Shown here: positions 9,858-20,308 of the stretch, one piece after another
Numbering within the stretch: position 1 is the first letter of the stretch
How the letters are laid out: each line of letters opens with the position of its first letter
Assembly: GCA_963745235.1 (NCBI GenBank)
Contig: CAVUXE010000054.1
Coordinates: 98,355 to 162,354, forward strand
DNA length: 64,000 nt
Direction of reading: 5' to 3'
Source: an uncultured Spirochaetota bacterium
GTDB lineage: Bacteria > Spirochaetota > Spirochaetia > SZUA-6 > Fen-1364
The notes under the pieces: model-generated
What the model was told of the DNA's origin: nothing
Seen by the model: the letters and a program-made list of their open reading frames with translations, nothing else
Database searches by the model: none
Program-made: the position numbers and the translations under genes

Positions 9858-11756
9858 ATGGATGCCGTGGAGCGCTTCAGCGTCTCGGGGTCCCGGCTCG
9901 TGGATCAGCACGGCCGCACGCTCATGCTCCGTGGCGCGAATGTCGGCGGTTCGAGCAAGGTCCCCCGAGCCCCCAACGGCGCAACGCACATCCGTGAAGG
10001 ATTCCTGGACCACCGCCTCGTCTCTTTCGTGGGAAGACCGTTCCCGCTGGGGGAGGCAGACGAGCACTTCGCGCGGCTTCGGGAATGGGGAATGACTTTC
10101 CTCCGCCTGGTGGTCACCTGGGAGGCCGTGGAGCATGCCGGCCCGGGCATCTATGACGAGGAGTACCTCCAGTACCTGCGAGCCGTGATCATGAAAGCGA
10201 ACCACCACGGCATTTCCCTCCTGATCGATCCCCACCAGGACGTGTGGAGCAGGTGGTGCGGCGGAGACGGGGCGCCCGGCTGGACGCTGGAAGCGGCTGG
10301 TTTCGACCTTGCCAGGCTGGATGAGACCGGAGCGGCCGTCACGCACCAGGCAGTCGGCGACCCGCTGCCCCCCATGATCTGGCCGACAAACAGCGGCAAG
10401 CTCGCTGCCGCGACAATGTTCACGCTGTTCTTCGGCGGAAACGATTTCGCGCCCCGCGCCACGGTGGACGGGGAACCGATCCAGGAATACCTGCAGCGTC
10501 ACTACATAAGCGCCATCTGCCGGGCGGCAGCGCTCCTGCGGGACCTGCCCAACGTGGCAGGATATGGCACCATGAACGAGCCGCTCCCCGGCTACATCGG
10601 GTGGGAGGACCTGAACGCCGCGGGAGGAATAGTCACGCTCGGCAGATGTCCCACGGCCTTCCAGGGCATGCTCCTGGGAGACGGCATTCCCCAGGAAGTC
10701 GGCGTCTGGAAGATGGGGTCTGCGCGCATCAATCGTGTCGGCACGGAGACAGCGAATCCCGAACGCGCACGCGCCTGGAGACCCGGCCTTGACTGCGTGT
10801 GGCGCCAGAACGGAGTGTGGGGCCTGGATGGGGCCGGCAAGCCCGCTCTGCTGCGGCCGGACCACTTCACGCGAGTGAGGGCCGCGCGGGTCGACTTCAC
10901 CAACGACTATTACCGCCCTTTTGCGCGGCGTTTTGCCCGCGCCGTCCGCGAGGTGGACCCGCGCGCCCTCGTTTTCATCGAGGCGGAGGCCAACCGCCAG
11001 CTGCCGAGCTGGTCGGCGGAGGACGGAGGGGACGTCGTCTTTGCCCCGCATTGGTACGATGACATCCTCCTGGCCAGGAAGCATCTCACCTCCTGGATGG
11101 CAGTGGATTCCTCGGTCATGAAGGTCGTCCTCGGCAGGAAGGCGGTCCGCCGGTCCTTGCGCAACCAGCTGGCAAGGCTTGCGCGCGCGGCGCGGGAGAA
11201 GGCGGGAGGCATTCCGACCCTGCTTGCAGAGTTCGGGGTGCCGTTTGACCTGGACGGCGGCTGGGCTTACCGGACAGGAGACTTCAGCGCCCAGGAGAAA
11301 GCGCTCCAGCGAAGCTTCGCCGCCATCGAGGAGAACCTGCTCAGCTGCGCCATCTGGAACTACGACTCGGAGAACACGAACGCGCGCGGGGACCAGTGGA
11401 ACGGTGAGGACCTGTCGATCTTCAGCACGGACCAGCGCGGGGATGCCGGAGACATCAATTGCGGAGGCCGGGGACTGCGCGCGTTCGTGCGGCCCTACCC
11501 GCGCGCCACGGCGGGGGAGGCGCTCCGCATGCGCTTCGACATGCATCGGCGCACCTTCGAGCTCGTCTTCCGCCACGACCCCCGCGCGAGCGCGCCCACG
11601 GAGATCTTTGTTCCCCGGCTCCAGTACCCCGGCGGCTACACGGTGGCTGTGAGCGATGGCACGTTCGCGCGCAGGCCGGAGAGCCAGGTCCTGGAGTACC
11701 GGCATGGGACGGGGCAGGCGGAGCACTGGGTGCGCCTTGCGCCGGAGAAAGGGTGA
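9858..11756 (+). CDS. Glycoside hydrolase family 5, endoglycoceramidase-related (EGCrP/steryl-beta-glucosidase-like)
   Basis: SFVGRPFPL, TWEAVEHAGPGIYD, IDPHQDVWSR, acid/base MNEP, FAPHWYD, nucleophile AEFG, WNGEDLSIFS, and a C-terminal beta domain. Confidence 0.88.
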   Translation: MDAVERFSVSGSRLVDQHGRTLMLRGANVGGSSKVPRAPNGATHIREGFLDHRLVSFVGRPFPLGEADEHFARLREWGMTFLRLVVTWEAVEHAGPGIYDEEYLQYLRAVIMKANHHGISLLIDPHQDVWSRWCGGDGAPGWTLEAAGFDLARLDETGAAVTHQAVGDPLPPMIWPTNSGKLAAATMFTLFFGGNDFAPRATVDGEPIQEYLQRHYISAICRAAALLRDLPNVAGYGTMNEPLPGYIGWEDLNAAGGIVTLGRCPTAFQGMLLGDGIPQEVGVWKMGSARINRVGTETANPERARAWRPGLDCVWRQNGVWGLDGAGKPALLRPDHFTRVRAARVDFTNDYYRPFARRFARAVREVDPRALVFIEAEANRQLPSWSAEDGGDVVFAPHWYDDILLARKHLTSWMAVDSSVMKVVLGRKAVRRSLRNQLARLARAAREKAGGIPTLLAEFGVPFDLDGGWAYRTGDFSAQEKALQRSFAAIEENLLSCAIWNYDSENTNARGDQWNGEDLSIFSTDQRGDAGDINCGGRGLRAFVRPYPRATAGEALRMRFDMHRRTFELVFRHDPRASAPTEIFVPRLQYPGGYTVAVSDGTFARRPESQVLEYRHGTGQAEHWVRLAPEKG

Positions 11757-11760
11757 CACA

Positions 11761-12453
11761 ATGAAAACGATTGGCCTCATTGGCGGCATGAGCTGGGAGT
11801 CCTCGATCGAGTACTACCGGATCATCAACCAGGAAGTCAGGAACAGGCTCGGCAAGCTTCACTCTGCTCAAAGTCTCATGTACTCGGTGGATTTCGCGCC
11901 CATGGAGAGACTGCAGCGCGATGGGAAGTGGGACGAGGCGACACGGTGCATGATCGATGCCGCGCAGCGGCTGGAGAATGGCGGAGCGGACTTTGTCGTC
12001 ATCTGCACAAACACGATGCACAGGATGGCGGATGAGGTGCAGGCAGCCATCCGAATACCGCTCCTGCACGTGGTGGATGCAACGGCGGGTGTCGTGAAGC
12101 AGCGCGGCCTGACATCAGTGGGCCTGCTTGGCACGCGCTTCACGATGGAGGAAGACTTCTACCGAGGCCGGCTGGAAAGGAAGCACGGGTTGGAAGTCCA
12201 TGTCCCTGAGGCCGCTGATCGCGAGCTGGTTCACCGCGTGATCTACGAGGAGCTTGTGGCGGGAGAGCTGAAGCGGGAATCAAAAGAGGCGTTCTTGTCG
12301 ATCATCCATCGCCTGGTCCGCGCGGGGGCCCGGGGGATCATCCTGGGATGCACGGAGATCGGCCTCCTTGTGAAGGATGAGGACTGCACGGTGCCTTTGT
12401 TCGATACCACGCGGATCCACGCGCTTGCGGCAGTGGAGCAGGCGCTTTCCTGA
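11761..12453 (+). CDS. Aspartate/glutamate racemase family (YgeA/RacX-like) amino-acid racemase
   Basis: MKTIGLIGGMSWES, ICTNTMH, GLLGTRFTME and ILGCTEI. Confidence 0.92.
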   Translation: MKTIGLIGGMSWESSIEYYRIINQEVRNRLGKLHSAQSLMYSVDFAPMERLQRDGKWDEATRCMIDAAQRLENGGADFVVICTNTMHRMADEVQAAIRIPLLHVVDATAGVVKQRGLTSVGLLGTRFTMEEDFYRGRLERKHGLEVHVPEAADRELVHRVIYEELVAGELKRESKEAFLSIIHRLVRAGARGIILGCTEIGLLVKDEDCTVPLFDTTRIHALAAVEQALS

Positions 12454-12459
12454 AAGCTC

Positions 12460-13536
12460 TCAGGTCATTCTCAGGGACGGCTCGGGCCGGGACGGGTGGA
12501 AAGCGGCTTCTTGCAGAAGCCTCACGGTGATTCCGTTCCCTGAAACCGCCCTGGCAACTGCCTCCCGCACCGTGGACTGAAGGGCTTCCGCGCCACCCTC
12601 TGTCCTCGCGTTGATCGTGACACCCAGGACCGTGCCGTCAATAGCATGAACCTCGGTCGGTTCGGCGTGGTCCTGCGTGATGCTGAGCTTGAAGGAGCCG
12701 CCGGCGTGCCGGACGTGGATCTTCAGGTGGCCCACCGGGCGGCCCGCTCCGTGGACGGCAACGCGAAGCTCGTGGATCAGGCGCTGCACGACCTCCTGTC
12801 CTTTGTCCGAGGGGAGATCGATTGCCAGGGAAGCGTCGTACCAGGCAAGGCCCATCTCTCCATGGGCGTACCTGTCGTAGTCGACCCGGATTGCCCTGTG
12901 CTCCGACCCGCCATCGTTCTTCTCCAGCGTGTCTATCCACGTCAGCAGGTTTCCCGAGTCCAGAGAGCTTTGGAGAAGGAGCGTCTTGTCCGGGTAGCGC
13001 TCCTTCCCTTTCTGCAGTATCTCCTGTGCCGCGTCGGTCGACAGGAGATCCGCCTTGTTCAGAACGAGGATTTCGGCTTCCTCGATCTGCGTGTCGAAGA
13101 TGTATTGCACATCTTCGCTGAACGGCAGGGGCCGATTGAAAAGGCGCTGCCTGAGGAGACGAATGTCGGTGAAGACACTCAGCCGTCCGATCCGTCTCTG
13201 CGCTCGATTCGAAGCCACGAGCGGCTTGAGCACCGTGGCCACCAGGTCCGTGCAGCTGCCCACGGGCTCGGCAAACACGACACGGGGACCCGTGGCCCGC
13301 TCCAGCTGCTCGATCATTCCCTGGAGCGCGGGAAAGTTGCAGCAAAAGCAGCCGCCCGTGACCTCGGATGCGGGGATGCCCGCGGCCCGAATGAGCTCCG
13401 TGTCGACAAGGGAGCGCCCCTGGTCGTTTGTGACGACTCCCACGGAGACTCCCTTGCCCCTCAGGAGCGCGGAGGCTCCGAGGATTGCGGTGGTTTTGCC
13501 GCTTCCCAGGAAGCCGCCGACCAGGTGTATCTCCAC
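12460..13536 (-). CDS. CobW/HypB/UreG-type (COG0523-like) G3E GTPase, putative metallochaperone
   Basis: GGFLGSGKTT P-loop, GGCFCC, AEPVGS and LNKAD. GTG start overlaps the LacI stop. Confidence 0.85.
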   Translation of the reverse strand: MEIHLVGGFLGSGKTTAILGASALLRGKGVSVGVVTNDQGRSLVDTELIRAAGIPASEVTGGCFCCNFPALQGMIEQLERATGPRVVFAEPVGSCTDLVATVLKPLVASNRAQRRIGRLSVFTDIRLLRQRLFNRPLPFSEDVQYIFDTQIEEAEILVLNKADLLSTDAAQEILQKGKERYPDKTLLLQSSLDSGNLLTWIDTLEKNDGGSEHRAIRVDYDRYAHGEMGLAWYDASLAIDLPSDKGQEVVQRLIHELRVAVHGAGRPVGHLKIHVRHAGGSFKLSITQDHAEPTEVHAIDGTVLGVTINARTEGGAEALQSTVREAVARAVSGNGITVRLLQEAAFHPSRPEPSLRMT

Positions 13537-14522
13537 TACAGTGACTCCCGCATCACGAGCTCCGCTTCGATGAGACGCGCGGGGCATGATTCGGCCTCCC
13601 CTTTCATGAGGAGCTTGAGGACGTCGAAGGCTTCCCGCGCAATCCTGTCCGTCGGATATGCGATGGTGGTCAGGGCCGGTTGGATATATTTCAGGATGTC
13701 GATGTCATCAAATCCGACCAGGCCGATGTCACCAGGCACGCGCATGCCCCACGTGGAAAGGAGCCGCAGGCATTCCAGGGCATAGATGTCGCTGGAGCAC
13801 ATGATTGCAGTGCGCCGCCCGCCGTCCTTCACCATCTCAGCCAGGGCCTGGCCGAAGTGCTTGTCGCGGATGACCATGGGCTCCAGGGACAGCTCCCGGG
13901 TTCCCTCGCGAAAGCCCTCGTAGCGCTCCTCCACCTCATAGATGTTCTCTTTTCCCCCGTAGGAAAGGGGCGGGCTCACGTAAACCACCCTCCGGTAGCC
14001 CTTCTGCGAGACCACCGCGAGCATGCTGCGGATGGCCTGCCTGTCCTTGAGCCCGACGAAGGGAATGGTCTGCGAGATCCTGTTCCCGATTGCGACCACC
14101 GGGACCGGCAGGCTCTTCACGAACCGATTGAACTCGTTCCCCTTGTTCGTCGGCACGATGAGCGCGCCGTCCACATTCTGGCTGGCCAGGTGCTCCAGGC
14201 ATTCGCGTTCCTGGGACAGGTCATGGTGGGAAAGCGTCAGGTAGACGAAATACCCCGATTCCCTGGCCGCTTTCTCGATGGCGTTCACCAGCTGGGCGAA
14301 GAAGCGGTTGTCCAGATCATAGACCACCACCCCGACGGTGGAGGTCCGCCCGGTCTTGAGACTGCGGGCAACGAGGTGGGGGCGGTACCCCAGCTCCCGG
14401 CCGGCGCGCAGGATGCGTTCTTTCGTCTGCGGGTTGATTCCCGCCCGGCCGTTGAGCGCCCTGTCCACGGTGCCGATGGAGACTCCGCAGATCCTGGCAA
14501 GCTCCTTGGAAGTGATCCTCAC
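13536..14522 (-). CDS. LacI-family transcriptional regulator
   Basis: TSKELARICGVSIGTVDRALNG HTH, LGYRP, VGFDD and PALTTI. Confidence 0.95.
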   Translation of the reverse strand: MRITSKELARICGVSIGTVDRALNGRAGINPQTKERILRAGRELGYRPHLVARSLKTGRTSTVGVVVYDLDNRFFAQLVNAIEKAARESGYFVYLTLSHHDLSQERECLEHLASQNVDGALIVPTNKGNEFNRFVKSLPVPVVAIGNRISQTIPFVGLKDRQAIRSMLAVVSQKGYRRVVYVSPPLSYGGKENIYEVEERYEGFREGTRELSLEPMVIRDKHFGQALAEMVKDGGRRTAIMCSSDIYALECLRLLSTWGMRVPGDIGLVGFDDIDILKYIQPALTTIAYPTDRIAREAFDVLKLLMKGEAESCPARLIEAELVMRESL

Positions 14523-16936
14523 GTGAGCGTCCCGTCGTTGACTGTAATCCCGTCCAGGCTGCCCTCCATGACCTCCACGTCCCAGCTCCGTGCGCCTGTT
14601 CGGGGGTCAACGCGCTGTCGATACACTCCCCATGCGCGTTCCCGTGCTGAAGAAGCAGGAGAAGTCTTCCGGCGTTGACGACGGGCTCGAACGAGATCCT
14701 CCTGCTGGTCAGGTCGTATCGGTAGCCGGACAGAGCCAGCAGGAGGCCCCAGCTGGACAGGGAGCGCACGTAGTGGTGGCCGCACTCGACTTCATTCCAG
14801 GGATTGCGCTTGACCCCGTCATGGCGATCCCGGACCGCTTTCACGATTTCCAGCCCCTCGTCCACCATGCCTTCATAGATCAGGTGCGTGGCCACCTGGT
14901 ACTCGATGCCCGTCCATACCTCGTCGCAGTAGACGAACGGCAGGCGCGGCCTGCCCCCATGGGGCCACGTGCACAAGAGAAGCCCCGCCTCACCATCCAG
15001 GACGTAGGTCCGCTGCGCGTTCGCGTTTCCCCGAAGGTCCGCTCCTGAAGTTGTGGCGATAGACCGACTGCATTGCCGCCCTGACATGGTCCTTCGGGAG
15101 CACGTACCCCAGCCCGGCGGCGTGCGCGAGGCACTGGCCGAGGAGCTGGTCAGAGAGGCAGCCCGTCCCGTACTGGTATCTGTACGCGTCCACGTTTGCC
15201 AGGTCCTGGACATAGTATTCGCCGTTCCAAAGGAGGGAATCCATGCGGGCGCTTCCCTCCTCCAGCGCCTTCTGATAGCGCGTGCAGCGAGCCGCGTCCC
15301 CCATTGCCGTGGCCATCTCCGCCCCCGCTTTCAGCGCCGCATAGAAGATCGAGCCGATCAGCGAATTGGGGCCGTAGAACTCGATGTCATACGTGTTGTG
15401 CTGCTCGCTGTCCAGGACAGAGTCCCCGTCCGTGTCCCAGAAGTCGAATGCGAAGTCCAGCGCGCGCGCCGCCTTCTCCCAGACCGAGCGCAGGAACTCC
15501 GTGTCCCCGCTCAGCTTCCAGTCACGGTACAGCCGCACCACGGCGCCGAGCTGACCATCCGCGGCGGGTAGCATCTCCCATTTGGGCAGGCCAAGGATGC
15601 TCCGGGCGCGGAAGGCCATCCTGCCGTCATCATCTGTTTCCCCATTGAACTCCACCCGCCGCATGGTGCGCTCCAGCTCAGGGAAGAGGAACGCAAGGGT
15701 CTGCGCATAGTTCCAGACGTGCGTGCAGCTGCCCTCGCAGCAGCCGTCCGTGTCGTGGCATCCCTCCCAGGAGACGAAGGTTCCATCAGGGAGGCGGAAG
15801 CAGGTGGGGCTGCGGATGACGGTGATGTTGCTGGCCAGCGCATCGATGACCGGAGCGGGGAGCGTGCTGCCGAAAAGCGCTCCCCGGAAAAGGCGCGAGC
15901 TCTTTTCCAGCCTTTCCCGATGCTCCGCCAGGTACCGGGCCGCGGCCCAGGCGTCAGGAAACCGGGTGGCATAGTAGTTCTGCATGACCGGCTGCGCGCC
16001 GGTGACCCTCTGCCAGCCCTTGAGCCTGTTGGGAAAATGCCATGCAAGGAGAAACTCGAAGTGCTTTTCTTCCCCCGGCGCAAGGGCCTGCGACACGCAG
16101 ACGCTTCCCACCAGGGGCCGGTCTTCCTGGTAGCGAATCCTGCTGCCCGGGGTCCGCAGAGACGGAGCCGCGGAGAGAGAGCCGTCCGCGGAAAAATCGT
16201 CCCACAGCTCCTGGACGCCGTCGAACCAGCCGCCTTCAAGCCAGGTGGCCTTGCTCGTCACGGCGGCATTCGTGGTGGCAAGCGCCATGGTGCCATGATC
16301 CAGGGAGTCAGCGGAAAGGCCTGAAGATGAATAGAAGAGACCACGGATGCCGCCCTGCTCGCGGAAGACGTTCTTTCCTCCCGGGTGCACCAGCAGGTTT
16401 TTGAAGGCGTCAAAGCCTTTGAACCCGACGACGTTCGGAAGGGATCCCATGATGGATACGGAGACGCGGCGGTCTGACGCATTCTTCACTTTGTACGATA
16501 GAAATGCTCCTGGTATCCCCGAATCGTCCGCGTTCAAGGGAATGAACGGGGTGAAGGCTTCCAGGGAAACAGACACGGGAAGATCCGGATCGTGAAGGTC
16601 CACGGAGACAAACGGGTATTCTCCCGTCAGCTCAGAAGAAGCCATGTGCGGGAGGCCGGCAACCATGCCCGTATTGAATCCATGGGAAAGGGAGTAGGGG
16701 GGCTGAACCGGGGCCTCGAGCACCCGGGAAAAACCCGGGCCGCCGCACCAGATCGCGAAGAAGGAATACGGAATCTTCAATCCCTTTGACGGCCTGTTGA
16801 AGATTTCCCAGTCCCGCAAATCTCCCCGCGAGCCAAGAGAGACGTTTCCCGTGCCTATCCCGCCAAGCAGGAAGGCCGCCTGGGTGGCGGTATGCGGAAA
16901 AACCCGTTTCGATAAGCTTTTCGAGGCTCTTTCCAT
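14519..16936 (-). CDS. Glycoside hydrolase family 116 (GBA2-like beta-glucosidase), interrupted by apparent frameshifts near 15040, 14670 and 14638
   Basis: LGGIGTG, WEIFNRP, GSCTHVWNY, ADGQLG and QHNTYD in ORF 14990-16936. DEVWTGIEY, RNPWNEVECGHHY, FSCFFSTG and AWG continue in successive frames to 14519. Confidence 0.88.
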
Positions 16937-16939
16937 ATA

Positions 16940-17109
16940 CGTGTACGATAATAACCTTACGGTCGGGTGCGCATTCTGTCAAGAGCTTGCAATCCACGCG
17001 GCAGTTTTGAAATTAAGTTATTTCCTATTAAGTAGTTAGAGTGGAGACAATAAATTGTTCGACTTGTCTTGACTGGACGATTGTCCCATGATATCGTCGT
17101 GTACGATAA
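16940..17109. promoter_or_regulatory. Two identical 12-bp boxes (CGTGTACGATAA), candidate LacI-family operators in the divergent GH116/ABC promoter region
   Basis: Exact copies at 16940-16951 and 17098-17109, each close to one of the two divergent start codons. Confidence 0.55.
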
Positions 17110-17129
17110 CGGAAACCAAGGAGGTCCCT

Positions 17130-18410
17130 ATGTTGAGAAGATCGGGCTTGCTTCTGGCAATAGCGGCGTGCGTGTTGTTTGGCGTTCTGCCGGCAGCGTC
17201 GGCCGCAGCGGCACCGGATGCGAAGGGCACCGTCACCTTTGTCTTCTGGGACTACGGTCCTGACGTCCAGAAGGGCTGGGAAACCACGCTCCAGAACTTC
17301 AAGACGGCGAACCCGGGCATCACGGTTGACCTTGTTGGGGCCCAGGGAAACAGCTGGGGTGAATACCTGGACAAGGTGGCCACCATGATCGCGGGCGGAA
17401 AAAAACTGGACACGATCTGGGTCGCCACGGAAGGGATTCGGCAGCTGGCCACAAAGGGCCTCATCCGTCCCATCGACGACCTGGTGGCCCGGGACAAGGC
17501 CGAGCTCCAGGACTACTTCGACGACGTTGCCCCGTCGCTCATCGCCGGCACGACGGTGGACGGAAAGCTCTACGGCTTCCCGTACAGCTGGAACAACATG
17601 GTCGTCTGGTATCGGCCGAGCTTCCTCAAGGCAGCGGGCCTGCCTGCGCCGAGCCCCCACTGGACGCGGGCGGATTTCCTTCGCTACGCGCAGAAGCTGA
17701 CGAAGGACAACGTGTACGGCTACGCGGTTGAGAACGCCTACTTCGTCGGCACCATCCCCTGGATCTACGCCAACGGGGGAAGCCTCTTCGACGAGCACTT
17801 CACGCGCGCAACCGCGGATACTCCCGAGGTCGCGGATGCCATGCAGTTCCTTGTGGACCTCGTGCGCAAGTACAAGGTGGCCCCGGATCCCGCCGGGGTG
17901 AGCACGTTCAACCTGTTCCAGGCCGGGCAGCTTGCCATGTTCGGCGCGGGCCGCTGGCCCATCCTGACATTCAGCAAGGATCCGTCGTTCAAGGACTTCG
18001 ACGTGCAGGTCTGGCCGGGGGCGAAAATCCAGCTGACCGAGTACGGCGTGGACAACTTCCCCATGTTCACGAGCTCTCGAAACGTCGAAGGAACATGGAA
18101 GCTCATGAAATACATGACGCGAAAGGACGTGCAGGGGCAGTTGGTCGGCACCACCGACAAGCCGGTGGGCAACGTGCCTGCGCGCAGGTCTCTTGCAACC
18201 AGCCCCGACATGGCCTCCATTCCGAACTACAAGGTCTTCTACGCATCGCTGCAGAACGCCAAGCCGGTCCCCGCTCCCCCCGGGTTCAACAAGGTGGAGA
18301 GCATCTGGCTTCGCTACGTGTCCCAGATGACATCCGGCGAGATGTCCGTGCCGGAAGCGCTGAAAAAGGCCCAGGCGGAGCTGACGCAGGTCCTGGCGGA
18401 AAACAGGTAG
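17130..18410 (+). CDS. Sugar ABC transporter substrate-binding protein
   Basis: Signal peptide, RBS AAGGAGG, DGKLYGFP and WYRPSFLKAAGL (family 1 SBP). Confidence 0.92.
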   Translation: MLRRSGLLLAIAACVLFGVLPAASAAAAPDAKGTVTFVFWDYGPDVQKGWETTLQNFKTANPGITVDLVGAQGNSWGEYLDKVATMIAGGKKLDTIWVATEGIRQLATKGLIRPIDDLVARDKAELQDYFDDVAPSLIAGTTVDGKLYGFPYSWNNMVVWYRPSFLKAAGLPAPSPHWTRADFLRYAQKLTKDNVYGYAVENAYFVGTIPWIYANGGSLFDEHFTRATADTPEVADAMQFLVDLVRKYKVAPDPAGVSTFNLFQAGQLAMFGAGRWPILTFSKDPSFKDFDVQVWPGAKIQLTEYGVDNFPMFTSSRNVEGTWKLMKYMTRKDVQGQLVGTTDKPVGNVPARRSLATSPDMASIPNYKVFYASLQNAKPVPAPPGFNKVESIWLRYVSQMTSGEMSVPEALKKAQAELTQVLAENR

Positions 18411-18431
18411 AATGGGAGTCTAGCCCGGAAG

Positions 18432-18456
18432 CTTCGCGCGGCCCGGCCGCGCGAAG
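18432..18456. terminator. Intercistronic hairpin after SBP gene (mRNA stabiliser or partial terminator)
   Basis: CTTCGCGCGGCC-C-GGCCGCGCGAAG perfect 12-bp inverted repeat. Confidence 0.6.
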
Positions 18457-18489
18457 TCCCGGATTCAGCGGGAAGCGGGAGGCGAATCG

Positions 18490-19407
18490 GTGAGCCACGG
18501 AGGGGAAGAACGGCGCGAGCCCATGAGGAGCCTGGCCCGCAGGGAGGCCTTCTGGGGATACCTTTTCCTGCTCCCGACGGCCGCCGGATTCCTGATCTTC
18601 GTCGTGGGGCCCATGCTCGGGGCGCTGGGGGTCAGCCTGCTGAAGTGGGACCTTCTGAGCCCGCCCCGGTTTGCCGGAGCCGCGAACTACGGCGCGCTGC
18701 TCCAGGACGGGCGGCTGGGCATCATCCTCAGTAACACGGTCTTGTTCGTGATCGCGGATGTCCTGTTCAACATGCTGCTCGGGCTGTTCCTGGCGCTGCT
18801 TCTCCGAGGGAAAGTCGCTCGGGGCATCGGCTATCTCGCCCGGCTTGCATTCTTCTTCCCGGTGATCGTTTCCGTCTCTTCGGCCGCTGCAATCTGGATC
18901 TTCTTCCTGCAGAAGGACCTCGGCATCCTCAACTACTACCTTCACCTCATCGGGCTTCCGAGGATCCCCTGGTTGGGCTCCAGCCAGTGGTCGCTGCGGT
19001 CCGTCGTGCTTTTCGACGTCTGGAAGAACGTTGGATTCTACGCCATGGTCTTCCTTGCGGGACTGCACAACATCCCCGTCCAGCTCACGGAGGCGGCGGT
19101 GGTGGATGGGGCAAACGAGAGGCAGCTCCTGCGACACGTCACGCTGCCGCTTCTCACGCCGAGCATCTTCTTTGCGATCGTCATTGCGCTCATCAACGGC
19201 TTCCAGGTCTTTGCGCAGGCCCAGATCCTGACGCGCGGCGGCCCCGGTGACTCTTCCCGCACCATGGTCATGTACATCTACGAGCAGGGGTTTCGCTACT
19301 TCCAGATGGGCTACGCGTCCTCGGTTGCAGTGATGCTCTTCGTGGTGGTCGCGGGGTTGACGCTCCTCCAATTCCGAGCGAGCGAGAGGTGGGTCTTCTA
19401 TCAGTAG
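18490..19407 (+). CDS. Carbohydrate ABC transporter permease
   Basis: EAA loop EAAVVDGA, GGPGDSS and GYASSVA. Confidence 0.93.
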   Translation: MSHGGEERREPMRSLARREAFWGYLFLLPTAAGFLIFVVGPMLGALGVSLLKWDLLSPPRFAGAANYGALLQDGRLGIILSNTVLFVIADVLFNMLLGLFLALLLRGKVARGIGYLARLAFFFPVIVSVSSAAAIWIFFLQKDLGILNYYLHLIGLPRIPWLGSSQWSLRSVVLFDVWKNVGFYAMVFLAGLHNIPVQLTEAAVVDGANERQLLRHVTLPLLTPSIFFAIVIALINGFQVFAQAQILTRGGPGDSSRTMVMYIYEQGFRYFQMGYASSVAVMLFVVVAGLTLLQFRASERWVFYQ

Positions 19408-19519
19408 CATCATTCATTCAGAAGCGGCGGGCAATTCCCTGTCCCACCCGCGGAAGCTTCGCGAAGGTGTTGCGCGCGGGGCCGGGCGGGGCCTCTTCTA
19501 CCTCTTTCTCCTCATCGTC

Positions 19520-20308
19520 ATGGCCGTCATGGTGGCGCCATTCCTCTGGATGTTCTCCGTCTCCGTGGGACGTCCTTCCGAAGTGTTCGTTGTCCCCCCT
19601 CGCTGGATACCGTCGGTGGTTCAGCTCGGCGCCTACCTGCGCGTGCTCAAGGAGCTGCCTTTCCTTTCCTGGTTCCTCAACAGCTTCAAGATCGCTTCCC
19701 TGATCACAGTCGGGCAGCTCTTTACCTGCTCCACGGCGGCATATGCCTTCGCCCGGCTTCGATTCCCGGGAAGGAACGCGCTCTTCCTGGTCCTTCTCTC
19801 CGCGCTCATGATCCCGCTGCAGGTCACCATCATTCCGATCTTCATCATCATGAGGGTGCTGAACCTCCTGGACAGTCACCTCTCCCTCATCCTGCCTCCC
19901 CTGGTGAGCGCGTTCGGCGTGTTCCTCCTGCGCCAGTTCTTCCTGACCATTCCGCGGGAGCTGGAAGACGCGGCTGTCATGGACGGCGCCGCGCCTCCCC
20001 TGATCTTCTGGAAGATCATTCTGCCTCTCTCCGGAGGAGCGCTGGCGACTCTTGCGGTCCTGACCTACAACTTCTTCTGGAACGACTATTTCGCGCCGCT
20101 CATCTTCATCAACAGCCCGGACAAAATGACGCTTCCCCTCGGGATCGGCATCATGGCCGGCCGCTATGTCGGGGGAGGCGGAATGGGCGCGGATGCTCCC
20201 GGGATCGTCGCCGCCGTATCGATGTCCATCGTCCCTGTTCTTCTCATTTTCCTGTTTGCCCAACGCTACCTGATCGAAAGCATCACCATGACGGGGTTGA
20301 AGACATGA
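19520..20308 (+). CDS. Carbohydrate ABC transporter permease (true start probably upstream; possible frameshift near 19480)
   Basis: AAYAFARLRFPG, IPRELEDAAVMDGA and WNDYF. The first TM (GLFYLFLLIV) extends upstream of ATG 19520 without an in-frame start. Confidence 0.9.
   Translation: MAVMVAPFLWMFSVSVGRPSEVFVVPPRWIPSVVQLGAYLRVLKELPFLSWFLNSFKIASLITVGQLFTCSTAAYAFARLRFPGRNALFLVLLSALMIPLQVTIIPIFIIMRVLNLLDSHLSLILPPLVSAFGVFLLRQFFLTIPRELEDAAVMDGAAPPLIFWKIILPLSGGALATLAVLTYNFFWNDYFAPLIFINSPDKMTLPLGIGIMAGRYVGGGGMGADAPGIVAAVSMSIVPVLLIFLFAQRYLIESITMTGLKT

Noticed and set aside
9630-11789. 719-aa antisense ORF (also 35514-38135, 29725-31101, 41465-43174, 47736-49196, 3938-5218)
   Set aside because: Shadow ORFs opposite well-supported genes, expected at high GC, with no recognisable motifs.
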